Below are positions 13,526 through 25,030 of a stretch of 64,000 nt of DNA, in pieces. Numbering within the stretch: the first letter of the stretch is position 1; each line of letters begins with the position of its first letter. The translations under genes and the position numbers were made by a program. Source of the DNA: Vicugna vicugna (lineage: Eukaryota); the NCBI GenBank assembly GCA_013265495.1, contig MU057947.1:320048-384047 (forward strand), given 5' to 3'. Under the pieces are notes generated by a model, which saw nothing but the letters and a program-made list of their open reading frames with translations, was not told the origin of the DNA and made no database searches.

Positions 13526-14058
13526 TTTGTCCCTCGTCATAATTTAGTCATGATTAAAATGTCTCAACCCATATCAACTTTCTTTCCAAAGACCAAGATT
13601 TTATTCTGAAAATGTCCTTTATCAAATAATTAAATGGGCTAAGGCTTCCAAAGAGATGGTGATTACAATGTGATAGCATGTCTCCTCACGTACTCATTAT
13701 ATTTTTAATGAAAGATTTAGAATATAAATTGAGCTTCTGTAATAAACCATAATGACTTGAGTGTTTTTAGCTAGGAAGGCAAATAAGGAATTAATCATTA
13801 AGTGGAAAGTATCTCAGGCATTTTATCCTACAGGTTCTTGCTTCAGTAATTTCAAAATAAAGACAAGGAGAAAAAGATGCTCAGGATTAAAATTAGCACT
13901 CCTGTAATACACAGTGCAGCACAATTTATTAAACTCACATCTGTGGCTGAGTCCAAAAGGGGTGTAGACGTGGAGCCACTGGAATCAGGTCACGTGTCGG
14001 TGTGGAAATGCAGAGGCCCCACTGGTGCCAGTCCAAGGGAACCAGGCTTCCCAGGCCA

Positions 14059-14152
14059 GTGCGTGTGCGTGTGCGTGTGCATGTGCTGGGGTGGAAGGGA
14101 CAACATAATCCTTTCTATATAAACACGCACGCACATATATGCACATGTGCAC
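14059..14152. repeat. Alternating purine-pyrimidine tracts: (GTGCGT)n and a CA/TA-rich tract
   Basis: gtgcgtgtgcgtgtgcgtgtgcatgtgc at 14059-14086; acacgcacgcacatatatgcacatgtgcac at 14123-14152. Confidence 0.85.
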
Positions 14153-15870
14153 TCAGGAATGAGTAATTGGATTTGGATTAGAATAGATTTGGGTATTAAT
14201 TCGGTACTTAACTTCATTATATAGGTACTCTATCAAACAAGAAAATTATATCAACCAGTATCATTAAAAGCCTGTTTTAACAGCCCTTTCAGGCCTATTC
14301 CTCGCCCCGGGGTATCTCAGCAGAGGGAAGGTGTGGTCTCCATCAGCCATCTTTGCTGCCACAGCCACAGGAAAATGAGGACGGTGGCAGCGGACATGCC
14401 AGCTGGTCCCCCTCCTCGGCAGGCACACTCCAGCCGTGTCGTCAGCGGCAATGTGGCACGTGGTCCACGGCTGAATCCAGACCAAGGCCAATTCCCAGTG
14501 GTCTTCCTATCTCTCTCTTTGGACCGTCAACTCTGCTAATCTGCTTTCCGCCTATCCGGTTAAAAGGATTTCCTTAGTATTTGCTACCCATATCCTTTCA
14601 CATTCTTGACATCATAGAGAATTTCCAAAAATGACAGGCATAATCCAGCACAGGGACTTTGGGGCATAATCCCAGTCCAAACTCAGCTGCACGCTCATCT
14701 CTCCCGGCAAACATCTTGGAATTCTTCACTTCTGTGACTCTGTTTGGAGATGCATGCTGAAGCACAGAGACCGGGGTGGGGTGGTGGGGGGTTGTTTATA
14801 AGAAAGAAACTATGTGGTGACCTTTATTTCTCCAAAAGATGGCAGAAATATTCCACCACGGGTCCCAAATACACAATATAAACCTCTTGCCATTATAACT
14901 CAAAAACTAGGGATTCTTTATAATTTCCCTAGAAATGCATGCTTTTACCTGAAGCCACACATAAAAATATATGCTTTTCTTGTCTATCTTACACATGATA
15001 AAAATTATAGAATGCCATGTGGCCCTTGCTTTGGGAGTACTGTTTCAAGAATAGTGGACTTTATTTCTCAGAATTTAAAAGTACGTCAGGGTTTTTACAG
15101 TTTGGACAGTTAGGGATTGAGGTAGCAGGGATAAATTCTCCTTAACTCATTCTTTCACTCCCAGTACTTCTTCATTTTACATCATCAACAGCAACAAAAT
15201 TAACAGCGGGGCCTTTTGCATCAGGTAGCACTGTGTATTTAGCTATGTGTTTTACAAGACATCTGAAAATGCCTGTGAAAGAACGCCATTCGCTCAAAGA
15301 AGTACTGGACCAGAATCAACACAGAGGCATTGTTTGCAGAAGGTAGGGGACATAACCAAGATCTGGCCTGTTTCCAACGAGCCCCCCTATTAATATATAC
15401 CTGTGCACATTTTTATCAGAGAAACTAATAAGACACTAGTGAGGAAGCAAAGTTAGCTATTAGGTAACAGTTCTCCTGCCAAGAGCCATAATCTGACACA
15501 GACTGAGGTAGGCGTAGCAGTCCATTAATGGTTCACGGCTCACACAATAATGACCTACTAACCTGACGTGGTGTTGCTCTCACATTTTGCTGTCTCCTGG
15601 GATGCTACTGTCACTGTGTTATCTATTGCCTGCTTCCCTATCAAAGAAAAAAGCAGAGCTGAAATGTATGTACGCATCCAGCTCTGTAGTTCACTGCACA
15701 CCCACCCTGGCAAGTGAAGGAACAATAGATTTATAAGTTTATCCTACATTAAGCCAAACACGCCTGACTGCACTGTAAATTACCAAATAATAAACCAGGT
15801 GGTGTAGGATCCTGACTTGGACAGAATATAAAAATCTATCAACCTGTAAAATACAATAACCATAAATGTG

Positions 15871-16269
15871 CTACGTAGCTGATGGCTCAGGTAAACCATC
15901 CACCACCAGGATCCGAGGTTTCAGCAAGAAAACCGCATCAAAGGCCCGGTCAGTTTTAAACTGGGTTCCCGCTGCTTCTGTGCTCCTGCCGGCGGACGAA
16001 AAGAGCCCTGAGATAAAGCACTTGAGTGTCTGTTTTGCTTGTCCAATTTCTTTGTCTGGAATTGGCCGCTTCCCTGGAATCCGCCGTTGCTCCGGAGCTG
16101 GTCCCACACAGCTGCAGACAGGCGTCTCCCAGGATGACGTGCGGCTACACCAAGGCTGCTCCGATGCCCGAACTTCACGTTCAGATGAGCTCGAAACACT
16201 CTGCACTGGCCGGAAAGCGGAAAACACGGGGAAGATGCAGCCTTCGGATGATACGTATACACCTTCCTC
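15871..16269 (-). CDS. Candidate exon 2 of an uncharacterised 139-aa spliced ORF (unverified)
   Basis: Acceptor ttaac...gatgtttttctcag|GAG (AG at 16271-16270); 132 open codons EEGVYVSSEG...LPEPSAT then TAG; no recognisable homology. Confidence 0.2.
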   Translation of the reverse strand, partial: EEGVYVSSEGCIFPVFSAFRPVQSVSSSSEREVRASEQPWCSRTSSWETPVCSCVGPAPEQRRIPGKRPIPDKEIGQAKQTLKCFISGLFSSAGRSTEAAGTQFKTDRAFDAVFLLKPRILVVDGLPEPSAT

Positions 16270-16842
16270 CTGAGAAAAACATCTTAAAACTGGGTTAACT
16301 CAGTAAACCCCCGTCCTAAATTCCACACTCCACCGGCCGTCACAGAAATAAAGTGAAGATTAAGTCAATTGTACTGGATCTTCCTTCGCAGCCCCCTGCC
16401 AGAGAGATTCCATTCAAATGAGTCGCAGGGAAAAAAAATTAATTTCATCTCAGTGAAAGATTCCAAAATGATCCTATAAATTGCGATTCCAAAACATACA
16501 AAGCTAATTAATTCCTTTTTAGGAGATTTTCAATAAGCAAACCCGGTTAAGTTTATATGATTTACAAACAGTGTTGACATTCATAGAGGTGCAACTAATT
16601 GCTACACGGTCTGACATCATTACCGGAAAGTGCTGGGGGGTGCAGACAGTCTAATTAGGGGTGGCTTCAAGCTCACTCCCTGATTACCATCACAGAGCTC
16701 TCCTAATATGCTTATACAGTGCAGTAATGCTGGAAAGTGATTACGTTTTGTCCGCTGTCGGCCTAAATTCTGAATGAAAGATGATAATCCCCGTGTGGAA
16801 GGATGCGTTCACACGGCTTACATTTCTCTGACTCGCACTCAC

Positions 16843-16863
16843 CTGCGTGTACCTGGGACCCAT
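16843..16863 (-). CDS. Candidate coding part of exon 1 of the same ORF (MGPRYTQ)
   Basis: gagATGG Kozak context, upstream in-frame TGA, consensus donor CAG|GTGAGT at 16842; phase 0 matches exon 2. Confidence 0.2.
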
Positions 16864-18079
16864 CTCCTCAAATCTTGCGGGTCAGCTCTGCAGGGGCTGC
16901 GTGCAAGCCTTTGGATGCATCACAAGGGCTCCTCAGAGTGCTTCCGAACGATGCTGGCAACCTCCGTGCTTCGCAAGAACTTTTGAAGGCAGATTTTCAC
17001 CATCTTCCCGGTTCAGGGACAACTCCAGCAATGTTTGGAAATAATTTAGTTTCAAATTACAAAACTCACTTTCCATTTAGGTCAATAACAATTGTTTCGC
17101 CAGTTTTCACTTTTAAAGTTTCATTCTGGTCAGTTGCTGTCTTCTGTCATCAATTCAAGTTGCTAATGACAATGTCATGACACTGCAGCCCTGGAAACTT
17201 GGATGAGGCTGGGGCTCTGGGCATTCAGACCCCCAGGGTATCTGGGCTTTAATGAGCCCTGTCGCCATCACAGAAGGGCTAGCCACGTGTGCTTCAAACA
17301 TCGAGTGCCACAGTTATTTTTAACAATCCCAGAAGTAAGACCCAAACACATGGAATATTCTAGAATCCATAGGAATGTGCCCCCCCCCAAAAAAATCCCT
17401 AAGCCTCTCCTGCCCTAAAGACACTTACAATTTAGACCTGGAGAAAAGGCAGCTTGACTGGGACTGCTTCCTTTGGGACTGAGAGAAAGACAGGTTCAAA
17501 CAACACTGTGAAAAGCGGATGATTCCACACTTTCTACTGTACACACATTTCTGAGTTTCAGCTGACATCCTCGCAAAACACTCTATGTTCAACTGTTATC
17601 TTCTCTGGATTCTGGCGATTCAGTTTTGAAAGATGAATAAATGAAATCAGATTCCCCAAAGCAAATGGTTTTACAGCGTAATTAACACCTCAAGGGGGTA
17701 CCCTGTGTTCTCCTAGGAATTTCAGAACATGGACATCAGAGGAAAACATGTTCAACAAACCTCAAATTCTCGGTGTCCAGGCTTAACGAAGGAGACTCCT
17801 GCCGGCGAGCACCTCCCAGACGTCGGCGCCTCCAAGGTGGGGGCGGACCTAGCACAGATGACGGTCCCTGGCCACGTGGGCCACAAGGCCTGCACAGAAC
17901 ATGTGCTCTGGGGGCAGATTTGACTCTTTGAGGAATAAATGCACCTTTCTCAGGTATGATGGCTAACTTATCTATTCAAAATCAAATAACCAATTTCTAA
18001 TTAACTTTAATTAACTTGGGCATGGCGCCAAACATTACATCTCTCTTTTTATAAGCAAATTGATAAATTCCAGATCTAA

Positions 18080-18750
18080 AACTCTGAAGTCACCACAGAT
18101 GATTAAAGCATTAAGAACTTGTCTTAAAAACTGTACCTCTTGTCTCAGCAGACCACAGAGCGACATATTTCAACCCACTGCACTGGTCTCTGGCGTCACT
18201 CTGCAGGTTCTCCAGACTTTTCTGGAACCTTCCATGTTCCTCTCCTCTTGGCCCCAGCTGAAGCTCCCTACTCCTGCTGCACGGGGCTCTCCCTCCACCT
18301 GCTCCCTCTTTGCTTTCTCCATCATCTCTCTGAAAAGGACCCTTGCACACACACACCTGGACTAGGTAAGCTTACACACAAGCACGTGCTCGCCACTGTG
18401 GCGGCCCCAGAAGCACCCTGGCGGTAGTCCGCGCACCTGGAGGCAGACTCAGCGCCGACGAGCGCCTCACACACAGCGCAAACTGTTACCACACAAGGCT
18501 TGGCCTCGGGCCCCAGCTTCGACTGTGGGCAACGCCACGGAGGGAGATGAGTGATGCAGGTGTTCACGGCACAGACCAGACAAGTGTCCGGAGCTGTGAC
18601 CTCAGCATCGGGTCCACATTCTCAGCGGCTACCTGCTTGTCACCAAGTGATTCACTACTCCCTCTTCTGTCTCTGGTTCCTGTGCCTCTTTGTCCCCACC
18701 AAGCACCTCACACTGTAGACACTTGACATATTGTTGTTTAATTAATTAAG
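18080..18750 (+). mobile_element. L2 LINE fragments (discontinuous)
   Basis: Pyrimidine-rich ttccatgttcctctcctcttggccccag...ccctccacctgctccctc and terminus-like cacactgtagacacttgacatattgttg. Confidence 0.45.
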
Positions 18751-19799
18751 TCCCTGGAAGTTGATAAACCTAACACACTGAACCTGAGCAAAGGCTAGTC
18801 ACAGGAGGCGAGCAGGGAGGCCACGCAAGTCTGCGAGGATGCACACTCAGCAAGACTATCAAAAATAAAACGATGACTGCAATTTCCTATCGATGAATGA
18901 CCTGCATCTCCTATAAAGCAGAGCCCCTGCCACCCTCTTGACCTTCAGAGCATTCACACACCACGGGTTAGAAAACCCTGACGTTCACGCAGGACACGCC
19001 CACCCAGGGACACAGTTCCCAACAAGCTCACCTGGGTCGGCACACAGCCCAGCACAGGCGCTCCCCCAGCTTCCACGACACTCAGCCCTCGTCCGCGAGC
19101 AGTCTGTGCCCCGGGCGACGCCTCCCACGATCTCTGAGGTCACACTTTCCATTCCCACGTAGACCCCCCAAGGGGCTCCTCATTGTGCTGTGCCTGCGCC
19201 ACTGACGCCCGCATTTCACTCCCGACTTTGCCCCCGAGTCCTTTTCTTGGCTGTGAATTCCCGTTTCCTTCACTTTCTTTTCACTTCCAGCATTACCAAA
19301 TCGCTTTTTGGGTGTGGGAGGTGCGAGGATGGTGGTGGGGTAGACAATGCTTCATCATGAGAAAATGAGTTTGAGTCATGTTCAAGAATCAGTGAGTCCA
19401 CAATTTCAGGAGGAGAAGCACAAAGCACGTCACAGAGCTGCTGTGTCCACTAGACTCACCCGTGACGTCGTTACCGCACACCAAATCCATTCCTCAGCAC
19501 ACAGAATCCAAACGGGAGGCTCAGCCACACTGCAAACGACTCTACAGCCCGGGCCTTCCAGCTCACCTACAAAGAGCCAGACCACAAGGTCAAATCACAA
19601 ATTCCAGTGGTCTGCTGGACCAGGTCCCAAAACCAGTCCCGCGGGCCACTAAAGCCACAAATGTTCGGTTGGCTTCACAGGACAAAAAGGGTTCCAAGTT
19701 CATCTTATTCTTTTAATTAGAATATGGCCCTGGTCCATCAGCATCGCTTACCACAGACCCCGGCTCAGGTTATTTGATTTCTAAACACCGAAAAAGCAC

Positions 19800-20520
19800 G
19801 TGAGTTAGGAAGCTCTTGACTGTAAGAAACAGAAAACTCTAGCTGAACTGGCTGAGACAACGGGGAGATTTATTTCACAACAAGAATTCCTGCAGTGGCA
19901 GGGAGCGCACTGATCAATTCAGCAACACACTCAAGGACAGGCTGTCTTTCCTCTTCCCCTCTGCCATCCCAGCCCGGCCCCTCCCCCTCTGCCATCTCAG
20001 CCTGGCCCCTTCCTGGACCGTTCAGGTTCAGGCACCATAAGTAGGCAGCCTGACACCCACCAGGAAAGGAACAGTTACTCCCCTCTTGTCTCTTTGCTAG
20101 TAATTCAAACCCTTCATAGGAGCTCCTCAGCTTCTTATTGGCCAGAATTACATCACATGCCCTCACTTAAACCAATCACAAGCTAGGAGAGTGAGCCATC
20201 ATGATTGGCTTAGACCATGTACTGGAAACTAAAATTAAAACAATCATTGGTCCCAACTCCCATTTTCTTAAATCAAAATTTGAGTCCAGATGTAAACATC
20301 CACATATAGATTCCTACCTACTTAAGTGTGTGTTCAGCTATAACGTAAGATGAATTTCTTACTGTGAATGATGGTCCAAATAGTTTAAGAAGCACTGGCT
20401 TAGACCAATCCTGACCTACTCCTGCGAAAGAAGACAGAGCCTGCCTCCTCTGAAGCACACTGCCATGTGGGACAAAAAGACCTAAACAAGACAGGGTTGG
20501 GTTAGGAAGAAAGACACAGG
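19800..20520 (-). mobile_element. MaLR LTR (MLT1J/K-like), interrupted
   Basis: gactgtaagaaacagaaaactc...attggccagaattacatcacatgccc...aaccaatcac...gattggcttagacca are typical of old MLT1 in reverse orientation. Confidence 0.75.
20216..20397. mobile_element. hAT (Charlie/MER-type) element inserted in the MLT1 LTR
   Basis: 8-bp duplication gcttagac at 20208-20215 and 20398-20405; right end agtttaagaagcactg. Confidence 0.7.
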
Positions 20521-21769
20521 GAAACCCAACATCCCCCCAGCTGGTAGCCACCCCAAGCATCAAGGGAAGAGGAGCATCTCATGGTGTGAGGGAGACAACA
20601 GCCATGTGTACAGAGAGGCAAGAGGATTCAGAGCCAGGGCAACGGGCACCAGTGGCACCAGGCTGCCCGTGGGCCCATGTGGGTCCTCTGTTGTGTGACA
20701 TGGACACATTTCCAACCGAAAGTGTAAAGCAGACATGGCAGGGTGCAGATCACAGGCAAAGGCAGGCGCTGCTGATTTAATTTAAAAACTAGAAGCAGCA
20801 TCTACAAGAATCGTTCCCATCTGATGAACCACCGAGCAGCCCTTCCCCAGCTGCACAGGGCACTGATTGATTCCCTGTGACGGGACTTATGATACTGCTG
20901 AAACCATCATGTGGCTTTGAACGCAGTGGGATCGGGAGACAGACATGTTGAGGGCTGTCATCACCAAGATGCCTTCTGCCACAGATCCACTGTCTCCTTA
21001 ACCTGACGTAAGGAAATTCAGGTTTAGTGAAGGAGGACATTACTCTGGGTATGTATCATTCAAATCCTTAAGGATTATCGGCTAATTAGGAGCACAGTAA
21101 TGTAAATTTGCCTTGTGTCAGGTCTTCAGGAACAGTAAAATAACATAATCAAGCCGTGAACAAAGCAGATCACTTAAGCCGCTCTTCACTGAGAATGTAT
21201 ATGATGGTGAAATGCATGCATTGGCCTGGAAACTAGAAAAACATGGTCCACACTTGCAGGGGCCAACTGTTGTTTCTAACAAGAGAGAAACTACGTAGAT
21301 TAGATTTAAATATGTTGCTATTTCTTATAAGAAGGTTTTCACAGAAAAATTCTGGTAGATAATTAAATAATTCATTTGAAGAGAACAGGAGTTGTTCTTT
21401 TTGAAAAAACAAACTGAACAGCATTTAAGTGAGCAAAGCAAAAAGCCAAATACAAACTTTCGAGAATGAGAAACTCTAATAGAATTAGAAAATAAAACTC
21501 ACAATGGCATTTACCAATTTTGACTTCTCTCTGGACTTCTGGTTACATGTGCAAAATTATACATGAAAATGGAAAGCTTCAGCTAAAATTGTTGACTCCA
21601 AATGGCCCCATTAATCCTGATTCTGAGGGTGCGGATGCTCTTCCTGTCTATTGCTAAAGAAAATGTTACCTTTGTGCTCAAACACCGGTTGTGAAGGCAA
21701 CTGTGAAAACTCCAACACGTTCCGAAAGACTTGGAAGAGGTTCAAAATCAATTCAGAAAGTCTCTTTTA

Positions 21770-22415
21770 AAGGGAACCCTCTTACACTGTTGGTGGGAAT
21801 GTAAACTGATGCAGCCACTATAGAGGACAGCATGCAGGTTCCTTAAAAAACTAAAACTAGAGTTGTCATATGATCCAGCAATCCCACTCCTGGGCACATA
21901 CCCAGAGGGAACTCAAATTAAAAAAGATACGTGTACCCCAGTGTTCACAGCAGCACTATTTACAATAGCCAAGACACGGAAGCAACCTGAATGTCCACTG
22001 GCAGACAAAAAGACAAAGAAGAGATATATTTATACAATGGAATACTACTCAGCCATTAAAAGAGAATGAAATAATGCCATTTGCAGCCAACAGGGATGGA
22101 CCTAGAGATTATCATATTAAGTAAGTCAGACAGAGAAATACAAATACTACGTAATATTTTAGATTCCACTTATAAATGATATGATACAAATGAACTTACT
22201 TACAAAACAGAAACAGACTCACAGACATAGAAAACAAACTATGGTTACCAGGGAGAAGAGGGGTTTGAGGAGGGATAAGTTAGGAGTTTGAGATTAGCAG
22301 ATATAAACTACTATATATAAAATAGACAAACAACAAGGTCCTGCTGTATAGCACAAAGAAACCATAATGGAAGAGAATATGAAAAAGATACATATATATA
22401 TATATATATATACAT

Positions 22416-22450
<35 letters not shown>

Positions 22451-22530
22451 AATATATATAATTGAATCACTGTGCTGTATACCAGAAGCTAACACAACAT
22501 TGTAAATCAACTATACTGCAATAAAAAAAT
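21770..22530 (+). mobile_element. Relatively young 5'-truncated L1 (ORF2 end plus 3' UTR)
   Basis: Translates as [12 protein letters not shown]...CTPVFTAALFTIAK...YTMEYYSAIK (L1 ORF2 C-terminus); ends gtaaatcaactatactgcaataaaaaaa. Confidence 0.95.
22389..22460. repeat. Compound (TA)n/(TACA)n/(CA)n microsatellite inside the L1 3' UTR
   Basis: Directly visible. Confidence 0.95.
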
Positions 22531-24759
22531 CATTAATTCATTTAAATATAAATATTTTTAAGTTTCTATTCCATTCTTCTTATCTGCAGGACCGAAAAGC
22601 AATGTCTGGTTTGGCCCAACCAACTATGGGCAAAAAAACCACCGGTCCCAGCAACAGGGAGCCCCGGGCTGGGAGGGTGCCTAAGTTAACCTCCACGATC
22701 TCACGAAGGGGACCCTCTTCTGCCATGGACTCTCTGAAGCCCTGACTGAGGGTTCCAAAAACCCAAGTCAATGTTTCATTTTCACTAGTGCTGCAGAAGT
22801 GGGGGAAGGACAGGAACTGAAATGACAAAAGAAGAAAGAGACACGAATTGGGTGGAGATGGAGACCAGGAATAGAGAAACCAAGGAGATGGACGTCATGA
22901 CACAGTCAGGCAAGGGGGCGTTTGGAAAGGGAATGGGAACCTGGAGGGCAGACTCAGCAGTGGGAGAAAGAAAGGACCAGGCTGTCTCTTTGGCTCGAAT
23001 AGGTATGGTACACGGTACATCAAATTGTTTGTAAACCTAATCTGCGAAAATCAGTGAAAGTACCCACCAGCCAGGCAGTCAGAGGCCCTCAAAACTGTGC
23101 TCTTGAAAAAACAGTGTTCACCATCCCTTCAACAATTCAGGCTTAGCCAGGAGGGATGCTGCTGGTACTGCTTCGGTGCTAAAAGGAAAGGAAAAAGAAA
23201 ATCGGGTGCATCTTGATGTCACCTAAGTTTCCCTTCTGCTCACAAACCAAGTGAGGGCCAGGAAACACATCTCCCCAGCAAACGTCTGTTCTGCCGTGGA
23301 ACGTCCCCTGCACTCACAGCCTGATTTATAACAGCTGTTTTCTATTATAATTCAAGCACCTTCAGGGCCCTTTCCAAGACCAATAAATGATTACAAAGTG
23401 CTGCATTGTATCTCGTACCTTCTTTTCTCCCAAATCAAATCTACTAGTTATGCCTTGGGAACGTGTTCTCCAAATCAGGGCCAATGTCTAAACTTGTCCA
23501 CTCATGGCCCGTAATCAGCTCTCTTGGAAATACAACTCTGCGTATATCACTAGAAATGACTCCTTCAAAGAAATAAAGCGGCTCACATAAGCTGGCATGT
23601 CACCTATCTGCTTTGGTGATTCATTTGGGGGGGCGGGATCCAATGACCACATCTTTATTAGACCATGCTGAGGGTCATGTTTATAAATCTCAGAATGCAA
23701 AACAGTAGGAAAAGCTCTCTGGTGGTGGACCATTAACTCAACATTCTCTAGAATAAACAACATGGGAGCCATAGAAACTTCATTAGAGAGTTAAATGTGA
23801 AACTGACTGTCCTGACTTTTAAACCCCAAAGATCAGCACACTGCATAGGTAATGTGGAATAAATCCAACATTACATGATTTTTAAGAATTCAGATTGACA
23901 TCTGCTCTTTAGATTTTCTCTAACACAGATTTTGCTTTCGATGATATTTACCGTCCTTTGAAAAGTGGGTCACTGTATTCTCTTGCCATGGGGTGATCAG
24001 AAGAACCAAAGAAAATAGTCATTAAGTTGACAAAATGTCCCATACATCCATGTCAGTTAGAAGGAAAGAAATAACCGAGATCTTCCTTGCGCCACTTTCC
24101 AGGATTCCTGACATCTGTCATAAAAGTCAGGCCGTATGTCTTTTCCTTCCATTAAGGAGAGTCATCACAGAACCTGTGCTAAGGTTCTGTCAAAAAGAAT
24201 TATTGACTTATAAGCATATCTCCCCCCACCCTGCTAATGATTTCCACAAATACAGCCACTGATCATCTTTTTTATATGCTTTCCAGAAATTACTGGGAGA
24301 CCCAGGGGGCCATTTGGGGTCCTGTGCTTAGGGATTTGACACGTAATGTTAATGAGGCTCACATCCGTATTTATTTCTGGATTTATTTATTTAGAGTGGA
24401 GTGTTCTGGTTGCATGAGCCTTGCTGAACTGGCACTAGAGAGAGCAGGGAGGAAGGAAGGAAGGAGGGAGATGGGGGAGGGAAGGGACGGGAGAGCAGCT
24501 AGAAGCCCCCTATAAAGGAGCTCGACCAGCACCGTTTACTGCCTCTTCTACAGGGACCGCATTCGTCTGCCCTCATATTGTCAGGTTGACAAGAGGAGAA
24601 AAAAAATTAACCAAAAGCCAAATCAAATAAATGTGCAACTCATAAATTCTGCAGCTAAAAATTTACCCCTGAGGGATCGCAACAATGCACCGTGGAAGCC
24701 TTCCCCCTCCTGCCCTCATAAAGGGGGATGATAAGTGAAGCTTCTCTCCTCAGCACCAA

Positions 24760-25030
24760 GAGGCCCGGGCTGGAAGAACAGCGCCAGGCCGCCGGCTTCC
24801 TCCTCCTCCAGTTAGCAAATTTATTCCCATTGTTGGTGGGCGGGCGTCCAGCGGCTCTCCTCGAAGTGTCAGCATCACCAGGCCCGCGTTGCTAAGCAAC
24901 ACGTGCCTGGACCGGGGCTGGGTGTCTGCGGACCCGCCTCCGGGCCTGGGCTCCCAGTGTGGCTGCTCCCGCGGGGGTCGGGGGCTGCATGGGAGAGTGG
25001 CAGCCGGCGGAGGGTGAACCACCAACGCCC
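24760..25030. other. Short CpG-rich, GC-rich patch
   Basis: Dense CG dinucleotides; GC-box-like gggcggg and cccgcc. Confidence 0.5.

Noticed and set aside
21863..22069. Protein-like [12 protein letters not shown]...
   Set aside because: L1 ORF2 C-terminal remnant, not a host gene
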